From Thecamonas trahens ATCC 50062 (taxonomy: Eukaryota; Protista; Apusomonadida), in the NCBI RefSeq assembly GCF_000142905.1, contig NW_013657629.1:1-64000 (forward strand): a stretch of DNA of 64,000 bases. Reading direction: 5' to 3'. The first letter of the stretch is position 1. Each line of letters begins with the position of its first letter. Shown here piece by piece: positions 1 through 13,469 of this stretch. The notes beneath the pieces were generated by a model. The model was not told the origin of the DNA, did no database searches, and saw only the letters and a list, made by a program, of their open reading frames with translations. The position numbers were made by a program, and so were the translations under genes.

Positions 1-2623
1 CGCCACCCACGTCACGACCCTCCTCATCCACCCCTACAGACAATTACGCCCCATCACAACAAACCACCACCCCCACCCCCAAAAACCACCACCATCACTA
101 TCATCTGAGCATCAAACCCTACCCACATGTCTTGGCCATGCCCACCACCATCCCATCGCGCACTCCGCCTCCTCTTCCTCCTCCTCCTCCTCCTCTCCCC
201 GCTCCATCTCACCCCCATCCCCATCCCCGACCCTGACACCCATACCCCTCAACCATCACAAGTCATACTGTCCTTCCTCCAACCAACAGCATTCTCAAGC
301 CACCCAGTTTTTTTTTCTGGCCCCCTCAGCTGTCCCCCGCCCTCGTTCGACCACCAGGCCCGCTCAGCCCGCCTCCCCGCTCGCCCCGATTCAGGCCCAA
401 CATTTTTACCACCTAGCTTCTTCTCTTGTTTGTTCGGCTACCCAACCCGCGATCTTTTTATCTGGTCATCACTCACCCCACACTATTCTCCAGTACCAAT
501 ATCGCTGTCATCGACACCCATCTTCTTTGGCTCATTTCCGCGTCGGCTTGTTTTGCCTAGGTGGTTGAGCACGTCCTCGACCGCCCGACCCCGCACACAA
601 CCCCCACCAACCTCATTGCAAGATATGCCCAATCTGATTTCATTACTACCCTACTACATGCGCACGCTACCCCCTTGCATAGTCGCCAATCCACAGCTGC
701 AGTATTCCGGAATCCGAGTTCTGCCACCCGAGGCCCAAGCTGTTGGCCTGGTGTCCCTTCGATGCTGCTCACCCCCCTGCCCCGGGCCCGTCTCCGACCC
801 CCACTCCCCACCATCACCATCCACAACCACCACACCCACACCACACATGTTCACTACCCCCACAATCTCACTCACCTTATCCCCTTGCCTCGATACCCAC
901 ATCAGCCGACAGCATCCCGTCATCAGCATCGCTTCTGACCGCCTGCTGCTCAACACCGATCGCCGCTCGAGCCGACCCGTCCACCGCCGGCACAACCCCG
1001 ATCAGGCTAGGCAGAGCACGAGTATAGTATGATCTACCTGTGGGTAGTGAGACAAGTGGCAATGGCTATCAGTCCCTTCCCCCACCTCCTTTTCCCTCCT
1101 TCTCGGGCCTTGCCCATCCTGCCCCAGCCACCTGTCAACCAACCCAGCTGGTGGCGAGAGGACCGACGGGCCAGACGAGGCCAGTGGGCTGGTCAGGGCG
1201 AAGGAAAGGGAGGGAGGGCGAGGGAAAAGGGATAGAGGAGGGTGCAGTGGTAGACAAGACTGCAGTAGTCTGCCGCCCGATCTTGTGTCCGGATGCCCGT
1301 GTCGTCGTCGCCTGTCGACTGCTCACCGGCCAGCAACTCGCCGCTCGCTCGCCCGCCCGCTCAACCACTCACAGCCAAGCCAGATCAAGCCAGATCAAGA
1401 CCAGCACGACCTGTGGCTGGCTATACAGGGGGAGTGGCTGGTGTGGTCACAGGGAAAATAGGTGAGGCGGTCTGGAGTGGGATGAGTGTGGTGGCTGCCA
1501 CAGCTAGCGCTGCTGCTGTGGCCGAGGCCGAGGCGAGCAGCGAGTGATCAAGTCACGGCCAGCCGCTCGTCGCTCAGCCACTCGCCGGCATGGGCGCCGT
1601 GCTGCTGCTGTGGCGGGAGAAGAGGCAGCCCAACCCCGAGGCGGCGATGACCAGGTTGGTGACAATGCTGATGCTAATGCTGAGGATAGTGATGGGGGAT
1701 GGCGATGGCTGGTGATGGGAGTGATGGTTGAGGTGGCAGCGTTCATGGTTGCGATGGCGGAGGACGACCCGAGGCGGTGACCGTGGCTGAGGCCGCTGCG
1801 GCTGTTGGGGAGAGAGAGAGGGAGGATGAGAGGGATGTGACAAGGGAGACGGATAAATGATCCATGCATCGCAAACAAGCCAGCTGCTGCGTATCACCAT
1901 CGGCGCCGGATCCTGCCGGGCGGGCCCCAGTGGGCGACAGCCCAAACGAGCGAGCGCACAACCCAAGTTCGAGGCTGACGTCGAGGATGAGGGCGCAAGA
2001 TCGGGATCAGAAGGACGAGCAGAAGCGGACAAGCGTGTACAATGACGCAGATACTGTTGGCCTGATGCACATGATTGTCATCGTCGTCGTCGCCATCACC
2101 ATCACCTCCACCGCCAGTCGCCAGCCCAGCCCAGCCACTCCCCTGCACCGACATCGACACCAACTGACGATGGCGCACCCATGACCACTTCCTAGCCTGA
2201 TCCTACTCACCCTCCCTTCTACCCTCCTCCANNNNNNNNNNNNNNNNNNNNNNNNNNNNNNNNNNNNNNNNNNNNNNNNNNNNNNNNNNNNNNNNNNNNN
2301 NNNNNNNNNNNNNNNNNNNNNNNNNNNNNNNNNNNNNNNNNNNNNNNNNNNNNNNNNNNNNNNNNNNNNNNNNNNNNNNNNNNNNNNNNNNNNNNNNNNN
2401 NNNNNNNNNNNNNNNNNNNNNNNNNNNNATCGGCCTACCCATGCCTCAATCCCGACGGCGACGGGCACGGCGACTTGGACGACCCGACAGCAATCACATC
2501 ACCAAGACCAGCAGCATCAGCAACACCAGCTCTACCACACCCAATACAAGCCAATCGCAAGTAAACAAGATCGCAGCCACCGCCATCGCCCCCATCCCCA
2601 CCATGACTCTTGCCCCTCGTCAT

Positions 2624-3900
2624 TTACTGCCCAGCCTCCTCCACCTTCACAAGCCCTCCCCCGATAAAGTACTCGGCCACCATCCGCCGCCGCTCTCTCA
2701 CCTCGCTCAGCACGCCAAGGATCGAATTCCACGACTTGCCTTCCCCCACATGCATCCGCAGCACCTCCTCCCTGCTCGGCATCCGGATCGCCTCCAGGAA
2801 CTTGCGCCGCTTCCACTCGCGGTACTCGCCAGACGACATCCCACTGCTGGATTCCGAGCTTGAACCGCTGCTCCCCGCATCGCTCACGACCCCAATCACA
2901 CACGACGATTCCCCGTCATCGCCGCTGTCCGACACCATCGGCAGCACCTTCCTCCGTCGCCGCGCTCGCTTCCGCGCAATCCCCTTCACTACGCCCACCA
3001 CCTCGTCCACGCTCCACCAGCCAGCTCCAATCACAGCCTTGCTGCCGGCGTCAAACACCACCCACCGCTGGACTACTCGGCGCAGCAAATCCTCCACCAC
3101 CCCGGCCTCCACGTCCACCGCAAGCGCAAGCCCAGGCCGCAGCACGCACGCCACACGCGCCATCTCCTCACGTGTCGGCTTCCACGCCACCCCAGCCCCG
3201 ACATCTTGCGCCGCCAGCCTTGGCTTCGCTCGCTGCTCCTGGATCAGCAATATACCCACTGCGCACCAGCAAGCCCCGTTGGGACGCACATCCCTTGCGA
3301 ATACCGCCTCACACTACTCGCCACAATTCGCGAGCGACATCTCTCTTCACTGCAATCGGATCAACTCGCGGATCTTCCAGCAGGTGCCGGGCTGCCCCGC
3401 ACTACGTCTCTCGTCGGATGGCGCTATTGTAGAGAGCTGCCGGACCAACACCGGGATGCCTAAGGAGCACGCCCGAACGTCGACGACGTATTCCCACGAG
3501 CACCACCTCGCCCACAGCCGTCAGCTCGCTGCCATCCATACAGACATGTTTCGCTTGGACGACCTGGGTCAGCGCCATGGGAAGCAGAGCGCTTGTGTGA
3601 GTAGCTCATGGCTGCGGACGCCTGCCTGGCTATCATGCAACCTGCTGATCGATCGACTCGGTTGTCGGCAGGCAGAAGCTTCACCACATCGATGTACCTT
3701 CCAAAGCATGCACTGCCTGCGGCAAGGCGAGGTGGCCGCGGTGGCTGAGAGTATGTGCTGTTGCCTGTGCGCCTCATACTTATTCACTGTCCAAACGGCG
3801 AGGAGGAGCCTGACGACCTCGATGTGATTGTTGCGCGAGGCGGTGACGATCTCAGCGTGGCCTTTCGCCGCAGCGCAGGCGCGTACAGCAGAGAATGGCG
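2624..3900 (-). pseudogene. Degenerate ankyrin-repeat protein gene (multiple frameshifts and stops)
   Basis: Ankyrin-like fragments lie in different minus-strand frames: AAAKGHAEIV, ASRNNHIEVVRLLLA, ACFGRYIDVVKLLPADNRVDRSA, VLLRHPGVGPAALYNSAIR, HLLEDPRVDP. They are followed by a protein-like C-terminal ORF at 2624-3289. Confidence 0.6.
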
Positions 3901-4797
3901 ATTCTTTCTCGCTCCACATGTGCAAAGGTCCCAGACTGGCGCTCATCGCGGCTTCGAGCCCGCAACAGCAGCTCCACTGGATATCGAGCGCGAGACAAGG
4001 TCGCCAATGCTGTAGACGGCGGCGAGGGCGGCCAGCCCATGTCATACCGTGTCTCTCAACGGCGCCAGCGACCGGCACATGGGGCACAGCAGCTCCATCG
4101 CCATCTCCGTCGCCCTCCCTGGCAGCGAGCCGGAGAATGAGCGTAATCCAGTTTCGTCACTCGGGCTACGCGCGCTGAACACGAAACAACGCGGCCAGCT
4201 ATGAGAGCCATGGGATGAGGCTGACGATGGATTGAGGCCAGAACTTCAGTCTTGTTCAAGCCCAGCGCCGCTGCTCCCCAACGCCTATTCCCGAACGGAA
4301 TCCAGGTACTCGGCCCTGGTGTACCCGTGTGCGTGCAGCATCAAGAGAGCTGCCCAGGCATGAGCAAAGTCAGTCATGCGAGACAGCCGCTTCTAGTTGT
4401 TGCTCGTCACAGGCCTCGTGTCGCCCCGCATCATTGTCACCACCAACACGCCCCTGTGGGATACAGCAACACCATACAAACTCCGCCCGCATACCTGCTC
4501 ATACATACCCTCACACGCCCTCCTCGTCACCCCACCCCACCCAAGCCACACCATGCGCAACGAGTGTTCGCTTGGCGCGGCCACCACGGCGTCGGCACGT
4601 ACGAGCTACGATTCACATGAAACAGTCAACGATTATTAGAGATCTCTATTGATTGGGTAAACTTTTTCGCCTTTCCCGGACCGGGCAGTGAGCCGGCCTT
4701 GCAAGCAACGCACAACTGCAACTGCCCGTACACCTGCGCTCTCCAACAACAACGGCATTCCTCTCCTCTCGCGCCACCCAACAACAACCTCCACACC

Positions 4798-7700
4798 ATG
4801 AGCCACGTCCTCGCCTCTTTTGTGGCGGCGTGTGTTCTCCTCCCGCTCCTCGCCACCGCCTTTACCACCCCCACCTCCGCCCTCTCCCCTGGTGTTTGCG
4901 ATGTACGCCACTCCTCATGCCGCCCCCCCCTCCCCCTCCTCCCATCCCCAGCCCGCACTCACCCCACCCACTCCCCTACAATCTCAGCACCAAGTGGGGT
5001 ATGCCGACTTCTCCCCGGATACCCATACTCTAATCTGGCTCGGCACTTCTCCGCGTGCAATGGTCTCAGGAAACCTCGACGGCGACGGTGTGCCTGAGCT
5101 CGTCGCCGCCGTCCACACCAGCCATATCTCAGCGACTCGAGTCATTGTCTCGGTCGTTCCGAGCTCTGTTGCTGCCATCGCCGATGGCTCGTTTCCGCGA
5201 CCAGGTTATGCGCCTGTTGCGGAGCCTGCTGCCTCGCCGCTGCTTTCCTTCTCAGGCTTCTACACCTCGATGCTCCCGCCGTCAACGCCCGCCATGGCCT
5301 CTAGTACGCTTGCCGTCGCTGACGTCAACGCCGACGGACAGGGCGATCTAGTGTATGCTGCAGCAAGCGGCTCTGCAGGCGGTGCGGTTGTCGTCTTGGA
5401 GCAGGCTACGTCATCGCCATACGCGTCGCACCTGGCAACGCTTCCGCTACCCGAGGAGATGCGCTCTCTCCTGCTCAACCACGGGCTTCGCGTTCCTATG
5501 GCTGTTGCCGACGTCGATGGCGACGGTTCACAAGACATCGTCTACTCCTCGGCCTACGACACGCCGTATACCGTGGTCCATGACCCTGACAGCTACATCT
5601 TTAACGATGTGCTCCTCGCCACTAACCCATCCGGCACCGGTGCCTTCCTCGCGCCGATCCGCCTCGCCTCCGTCACCAACGGCCGTGGCATGGAGGCCCT
5701 TGCTCTAGCCGACATGGACGCCGACGGTGACGTGGATGTCTTGTTTACTGACACTGGTGGTGGCAGTGTCTGTGTTCTCTACGCCCTTGCCCCGGGCGTC
5801 TTCAACGAGACATCCTCTCCGCCCGTCTGCACTGCCGTCGAGACAAACGTCGACTACATGCATGTTTTCGACTTTGACGCTGACGGTGACTTGGACATCC
5901 TCGCCATGGACTCTGACAAAAGCATCTGGCTCATTCCCAACGCCGCGGGGGCTGGCTCTCCGTTTGCCTACACTTCGTTGACACGCTCGGCTCCGTTCCC
6001 CACATCCGCCGCCTACTCGTCACCGATTGTTTTTGATCCAGACAATGATGGTGATCTGGATATCCTCTATCCAAAGCCCGTAGACGGCTTTGTCTATCAA
6101 CGCTGTGATGGTCTCGGTTCATACACTGAACTCATCATCGCCCACGACCGTGAGCTTGTCTCTACTACGTACGGTGACCTCAACGGTGACTCCTTCCTTG
6201 ACGTTTGTGCAATTGACAACGTGAACAGACTGGTGTGCATCCTGTACAACTCGGGTGCCGCCACCTTTGATGCTCCCATTGTGGCATCGGGCTCTTACCT
6301 ATGGACCCCTTTGTACTCTACTATTGTTCTTACCGACCTCAACGCCGACGGTCGAGACGACTTGGCCATCATGTCTTTCGACGACAACGCCATGAATAGT
6401 CTGTGGATTGAGTTCAACGACGGTTCCGCCGTGCCCTTTGATGGTCGACCCGACGACATTCTTCTCGCTGGTGTCTCGGCCACCTCACGCTCCGTCTCTA
6501 CCCGCAGCTCGCCCCCACCACGCATCGACGCTAACAACGACGGCATACTTGACTTTGCTGTCGTCCGGTATGACCGGTCCTCATTTGATGTTGTCTCGTA
6601 CGTCCCCAGCGGCAAGACTACTTTTGCGCTCTCCTCAGTCCACGCCCCGTACGCAAGCTACCAGTCAGTCTGGCTGCGTGACGTTGATGGAGACGGCGAT
6701 GTTGACATTCTTCTCTTCTCGTCGCCGTCCGTCGGCCAGTTCTCGCTCCTTCGCTCGCGCTTTGTCGATGACGCCTTGTCCGCCGGCTCGACGCTAACTA
6801 CCGATGCCTCCACCGTCACCTTTGGCTCGCTTCCTGCCCACTCGGACAGCAGTGTGCCATGGATGGGTCCCGGCCCAACGTCGGGCACTGGCCTCGACTC
6901 GGGCTTCCTTGTCGGCGCGCAAGACTTTTTGGCCGTCCCACCCTCAGGATCCATCTACCACGTGACTGTTGCCGACTGGCTCGATCCTGCCGCCTCCGCT
7001 GCTGTTACCACCGTACATACCCGCTTTTTGCCGGCTGCCGGTACCACCCGTCCGTCGGCTGTCGCGTTCGATGCCAACAACGATGGCTTGCCAGACGTTG
7101 TTGCTATCTACACCTACCCCACGCCCGAGTTGTACCTCATTCTTGGCCCGACGTACAGCTCGCCGACCCAGATCCCGACCGCGGGCCTGGCCTCACCGCC
7201 GTATGTTCCTTTCGTCTTTGATGCTGATGACAACGGCGACCTCGACATTGTCCTCACAGGCAGTGCGGCCACCTATATTTTCCCGTCATTCGGCGACGCC
7301 ACCTTTGGTGCACCTCGTCACGTTACAACCAGCAGCGGGTCCGCCCTCGACATCGCTCTCTTCCGCATGCCCGACTACATGGAGCCCGCCAGTTCGGCCT
7401 GGATTGTTCCGTCGAGTCGCGGGCTGGGCCTCGTCACTCAGCCCCGAGTCGATGTCACCCGCCCACTCTCCTCCTCCGTCGGCACTGGCTCGCCGAAATG
7501 CGAAGGTGTCCTAGGCACTCTTGTAGGAGACTTTGACAACGATGGCCGCCCCGATCGTGCATGCATTCACTTGACCAGTGGACTCCTCATGCACCGCGGC
7601 TCGCACCTCGACCTCCGTCTCGCAGGCACGAGCGCAGGTGCCCTCGCCTTTGGCTCCGTCATTCCCCCGCCTGACTCGGTCATGCCCATTGTTGTCGATG

Positions 7701-10700
7701 TTGACGGCTCGGGCATCCCCGACATCGTCTACAGCTCAGCCGGAGGCATCCACGTTATTGTCTCGTCCAACAACCCCGCGGCCCCGTTCACTCTCCCTCC
7801 GATCACCGTTCCGGGCTCAGCCATGCTCGGCGCTAGCAATCGGATCGCCATGCGCCTCACCTCGTCACCGCTGCCGTCCGTCATCGGCTTTACCAACACG
7901 GCCATGTACGCCATGGACCCAACTGGTGACCCGGCTGCACCGCTGAGTGCCCCGCGGCTACTGGCAAGCTCCACTGTTAGCCGTGTCTACTTCCCCCATG
8001 CTGTTGATGTCGACAACGACGGCCACCTCGACATCCTCTTTGCGACAAGCAAGAGCGTTGCGTTCTATCGCGCCAACTTTTCTCTTCCGAACAACTTTGA
8101 GGACTCTGTCTCCCTCGTTACTTTTGCCAACAACATCCAGCGCGCCCTCGCCGCAGACCTCGACAACGATGGCTGCATCGACCTTGTTGTCGACCTCATC
8201 ATCGGTGACTATGTCGGCACACGCTACCTCTACGGTCCTTACACCGCGTGGGCAACCGCCGATCAGCATATTGTCTCGTTCTACCATCCCAACGCCACCC
8301 ACCTTCCCTATTCCGCCGGCGGCGGTGCTAACATGGCCTACTATGACTACTTTAGCCTTCTCGACTACAACCGCGACGGCTACATGGACATTGGCAAGTT
8401 TCCGATTTCGAGCCACACACTGCCTGGCGCCATCATCTACAACCGCGGGTCTGGTGCTCCTCCAGACAAGCGCTTTGTCTCGCATACCGACAACTTGATC
8501 ACAGGGTACACCATCAACACCACGCCCCTCAACATCGCCGTGGACTACAACGGCGATGGCGAGCTGGATCTTGTTACCCGCAACCGACTCCATCTCTCAT
8601 CGCCGCAGATCGCGCGTCGCGCGCCCGTCACGGTCGTGGTTGATCCTGTTCGCTGCGGCTACACCCTGGCATGCATTGTCGCTTCTGTTGCAGAGACCGG
8701 GACATGCCTCGGCGACACTGTCCTGGTTCCCGGCGGAACCTACGCTGGCTGCGGCGTTTCTGGCCCGCTCACCCTCGCGCGCTCGATCACCCTCGCGCCC
8801 GTTCCAGGGACAGGGGCCGTTGTCATTGACTGTGCCCACAATTCGTCTCCGTTTGCTGTCGGAGGCCGTTACGGCCTGCATGTCACGGGTGGTGTCACTG
8901 TCACTCTTCGTGACATGACCATTGCCAACACCTTTACTCACCCGGCTCGAGCCGGCGGCGCTGCCCTCTCGGTCTCGGCCGCCAAGCTCATCCTCGACTC
9001 GGTCACCATCATCAACGCCACCGCCACCGGCGGTGACCTGGTCTCGATTGAGAGTGCCGGTGTCGGATATGGTGCTGGCATCCTTGTTCGCGATGGCGGT
9101 GAGCTCGTTGCCACCAACGTGACCGTGACTGGCTGCTCGGCTGCCCTTGTCGGTGGAGCTATCGCCGCCGTCGGCCGCGATACCCGCGTCACAGTCGTCG
9201 ACTCGATCTTGGCCGGCAACACTGCGCTCATTGGTGGTGGCGCCGTCTTTGTCGAAGTCACCAGCGGCGTTTCGTCACTCTCGCTCCGCGGCTGTGCCGT
9301 TTACGACAACATTGCGCCGGGTGATCTCTCCGAGACCGTGCCCATCTCCCACGGTGGCGCTTTGTCCGCTGTTGCTCTTTCAGGCGTTCTGGAACTCGAG
9401 CTCTCCGCTGGCACCTCGCTTGTGCGCAACTCGGCACTCTCGTCTGGTGGCGGTCTGTCAGTGCGTGCGACGCAGGCCGCCAGTGGCCGGGTTGTACTCG
9501 ACGACGTGCGCATCGCCGCAAACTTGGTGGCGGGCAGCGGCGGCGGCGCGCTCTTCTCTGCCGCCGACATCTCGCATCTCGACATTGAGCTTCTTCACAA
9601 TGTGGTGTTTGAGGACAACGCCGCCGGTGAGTCTGGTGGTGGCGTCGCTTTTGTCACGCTCCCGCCGTTTGGACAACAAGACACGGCCTCGGGCTCCCTC
9701 AACATCACCTGGGGCTCGGGCTTGCTCGCGCGCAACACTGCAGTCGAGCATGGCGGCGGCATAGCCGCGCTTGTCACTGCCGCTTTTCTGGTGCCCTCGC
9801 CACCGATCGCGCTTGCTGCCCGTGGTACCGTCACCTTTGACGCCAACGTCGCAGGCCGTATGGGCGGCGGCCTGGCGGCCTCGGGTCGCGCCGTGGTCTC
9901 CCTGGATGCCCCAGTCTTTACGCGCAACCGGGCCGTCTTTGGCGGCGTTGTCGCCGCTGCGCCGACTGCCAGCTACCTTGTTGGCCCAACTTTGCCGTCG
10001 GGCTCGCGATTTGCGGTCTCGGCCGCGTCGATCCCCCCCGAGACCATCACCGCCGCTGCCATCCCCTGTGCCACCCGCGGGCGCGTCCGTCTCAACTCGC
10101 CGTCTGGCAGTGGCAACGGTGCTGTCTACGGTGGCGTCGGCTTTGCATGCACCTCCATTCTCGAGCTTGTTGGCCTCGACGCAGCGCTCCTTGATGCATC
10201 GCCCACAACTGCGACATCCAAAGTCAGCGCCCCGCCCGCCGGTGGCGGCCTGGTCTTCACTTGCGTCCCGGCCTCTCTCCTCACCGCCGACGGCACGTGC
10301 GGCTCGCCGCTGCCTGACATTGTCCCGCTCGTGCCGTTCACCTCGTTTGGCTCGGACAGCGAAGCTGGACTCACCGCCGGCACTGTCAACGCATCGCTCG
10401 CCTCGCTGCGAGCAACGTATGGCGTCAGTGCGGTGGCCGGTACTGCGCCAGCCCGGTTGGACTGGCTCACACTCCCGCCCGCCACCGTCTCTTCTGGCTT
10501 TGCGCCTGGCCCTGGCTCAAGCGACGTTTTGCTCTACGACGCACTCGGTGCGCTCTTGAGCGACAGAAACATCCATCTCGAGCTGCGACTGACGGCCGCC
10601 GATGCCGCCGATCGGTTTGCTTTTGTCACCGGCTCGCCGACGCTCGAGCTGGCCAGCAACCCGATCTCGTTTGGCACCGTCGGCATTGCGCTCCGTATCG

Positions 10701-12656
10701 GCACGCCGCCTGGATCCGAGGTCACCTTTGAAATCGGATTGGTGACGGCCGCCTTTACTTCCAGCTCGCCACAGGCTGCTGCCCTGCGCCTCACGGGAGC
10801 CATGTCGCTCGAGGAGTGTCTGCCTGGTGCCGGCGTGCGTGTCGGCGGCGACATCGGTGTCCTCGAGTGCGAGCTCTGCCCAGAGGGCACATTCTCCAAC
10901 GAGACCTCGCTCGAGCCTTGCCCAACATGCGCCGGTGAGTCGCTGCTGTCAGGTGTAGGTGCCACTCGGTGCGTCGCATGCCCGATTGGCGCACGCCCAT
11001 CCCGGGCACGCTCGACCCAGACTCACAACTTGGAGTCAACTGCACCTGCCTCCCGTCGTTTTTCTCGCGCAACGGCATCCAAAACGACAACTGCGAAGAG
11101 TGCCCCGAGGGCGGCGTCTGCCTCGGAGGCGCTGCGCTTCCTGTCGCCGCGCCAGGCTTTTCCCGTCGCCAGACGTGCCATTTGTCTTTGTGCGGTGCAA
11201 GCGCGACACGGCGTGCGTCGGAGGCGCCTTTCCGTGCGCGCCGGGCTACGATGGCTACCTGTGCAACGTCTGCCAGCGCGGGTACTTCTCAGACACATCG
11301 GGTGGGTGCTCGCGGTGCTCATCGCGAGCAACTCTGCTGTTTGGCCTCTTTGTCACCATGGTGGTGGCCATGGGCCTGTTCATGCTTGCCGTCGTCCTCG
11401 TCGCCATGCACCGCTCCGCCCTTTCGACGGTAGAGACGGTGACCGAGACCGGGCGCCCGCTGCGCCTGGTGCCGGCGACGGCGTCGATGGCGGTTGTGGC
11501 CATGCAGGTTGTCGGCGTCATTGCCGACACCAACGTCTCGTGGAACTCGTCGGCACACTCGGTCCTGGACGCGTTCAACATCTTCAACGTCGACGTCAAT
11601 CTGTTCGAGTCCGAGTGTGTGCTCGAGACGTTCTACACCACGTACTCGATGTCGATTCTCTTCCCGATCCTCATTGTTATCTCCATGCTCATTGGCGCCG
11701 TCGTCGTCCGCCTCTGCCGCACACTCTTTTTCGTCTGCGGAGCACTGCCGGCGTTTTCCCTCCGCGCAGTGTGCGAGACGGCGGCCTTTACCTTTGGCCC
11801 GCTGCTCTACATTCCGCTCTCGCGAGCGACGCTGGTTTACTTTGACTGCACCCGGCTGCCGAACGGGACATGGGTGCTTGACTCCAATCCGGGCATCGAG
11901 TGCTTCACCTCGGAGTGGATGCGCTACCTCGGCGGCGCCATCGGCGCCGTCGTCATCTACGTCTTTGGCATGCCGACATACTTTGCGGCCATGCTTTACG
12001 CGCACCGCAAGACGCTGCTCGAGGAGACCACCGTTGTCCGCTACGGTCCGCTCTACCGGCTCTACTCGCAGTCGTACTTTTACATGGAGGTAGCCATTCT
12101 GGGCCAGCGGCTTGCGCTTGTCCTCCTCGCCACCTTTTTCTCGAATCAGCAGCTCATTCAGCTCTCGGGCATCATCGGCGTGCTCGGCGTCTCGCTCGCC
12201 CTCGTCGTCCGCCTCGAGCCATACCTGTACAACATCTACAACCGCACGTTTGTGCGGCTCAACGCCCTCCTTGCCATCCTAGCCCTCGTCGCCATCGGCA
12301 GCTACGCCGAGCGCTCGGCCGGAGGCTCGGCCGACACCTTCTTCATCACCGCCGTCATCGGCCTCGTCGCCGCCATTGCCATTGTCGCCGTCGTCTCCTT
12401 TGTCATCGAAGTCCGCGGCATCTACCGAGAGCGCAAGGGCTTCTTCTCCAACGTGGATGTCCAGCGCCGCAAGCTCATTGTCCACATTCGCAAGACGCTT
12501 CCCGACCTTGACCCCGAGTTCCAGTCGGAAATGGGCCGCGTCCTCGACTACTTCCAGCCACCCGACAGTAGCGCGCCGACGCGCAAGACGAGCGACATCT
12601 ACGAGGTCGACTGGGACAAGGCCGGTGCGGATGTGGAGCTAGATCTTATTCTGTAG
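4798..12656 (+). CDS. Large surface receptor-like protein: signal peptide, ~18 FG-GAP/VCBS repeats, parallel beta-helix (GGA[ILV]/FxxN) region, Cys-rich CxxC region, multi-pass TM C-terminus
   Basis: ATG 4798 gives signal peptide MSHVLASFVAACVLLPLLATA. A phase-0 intron 4903-4987 (GTACGC...CTCAG) joins the 4820 ORF frame. There are many DxxxDGxxD motifs. Two apparent 1-nt deletions (~10993, ~11160) link the ORF frames 4820, 10969 and 10959. Stop at 12656. Confidence 0.85.
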
Positions 12657-12892
12657 TTGCTGGAGAGGAGCAGAAAGAGAAGCAGAAAGAGATAGAGATG
12701 GAGAAAGTGTGTGATCAGGTGCCCACCTAGGCGGGGCTCCGTGCCCGCCAGCTGATGCCGCCCGCCCGCGCGTGCCACTCACTGGCGCTGGCACTGTTAC
12801 TCGGCGCAGGCATTGACCCTGTCTCGAGCTCCGCTCTCGACCAAAGGCACGAGCTACCACCCGTCTCCCGGTCACCCAAAAACACAGCAATC

Positions 12893-13431
12893 ATGGGCAA
12901 CACGCTGTCCAAGGTGATGACCACGTCTGTGGAGAACGACCCCATGCGCAACGTGCTCGGCAACTCGCTCGGTGCCCAGGTTATGGCCGGTGCCTCGGTT
13001 GTTGCTGCCGTCGGCTTTGTCCTCAAGCTCGCCCAGAAGGCCGCCAAGCGCCAGACGTACGCCCCATGTCCCACCACTACCTCCCATACACAACCCTTCA
13101 TCCCTCCTCGCACCACCACCACCACCACCACCACCACCACCACCACCATAACCCCCCTCACACACACACACACACACACACGCTGCCCTTGCTCCTCTCG
13201 CATGCGGGTTGCCTGCCCTCTCGCTCCCACACACTAACCCATCCTTNNNNNNNNNNNNNNNNNNNNNNNNNNNNNNNNNNNNNNNNNNNNNNNNNNNNNN
13301 NNNNNNNNNNNNNNNNNNNNNNNNNNNNNNNNNNNNNNNNNNNNNNNNNNNNNNNNNNNNNNNNNNNNNNNNNNNNNNNNNNNNNNNNNNNNNNNNNNNN
13401 NNNNNCCAGATGGTATACACACACACACACA

Positions 13432-13469
<38 letters not shown>

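Noticed and set aside
1-2231. Many overlapping ORFs in the first 2.2 kb
   Set aside because: Low-complexity C-rich or G-rich DNA with no recognisable motif or consistent coding frame.
11000-11845. C-terminal ~280 aa of the 2341-aa ORF
   Set aside because: Out-of-frame read-through after the frameshift. The real domains are in the other two frames.
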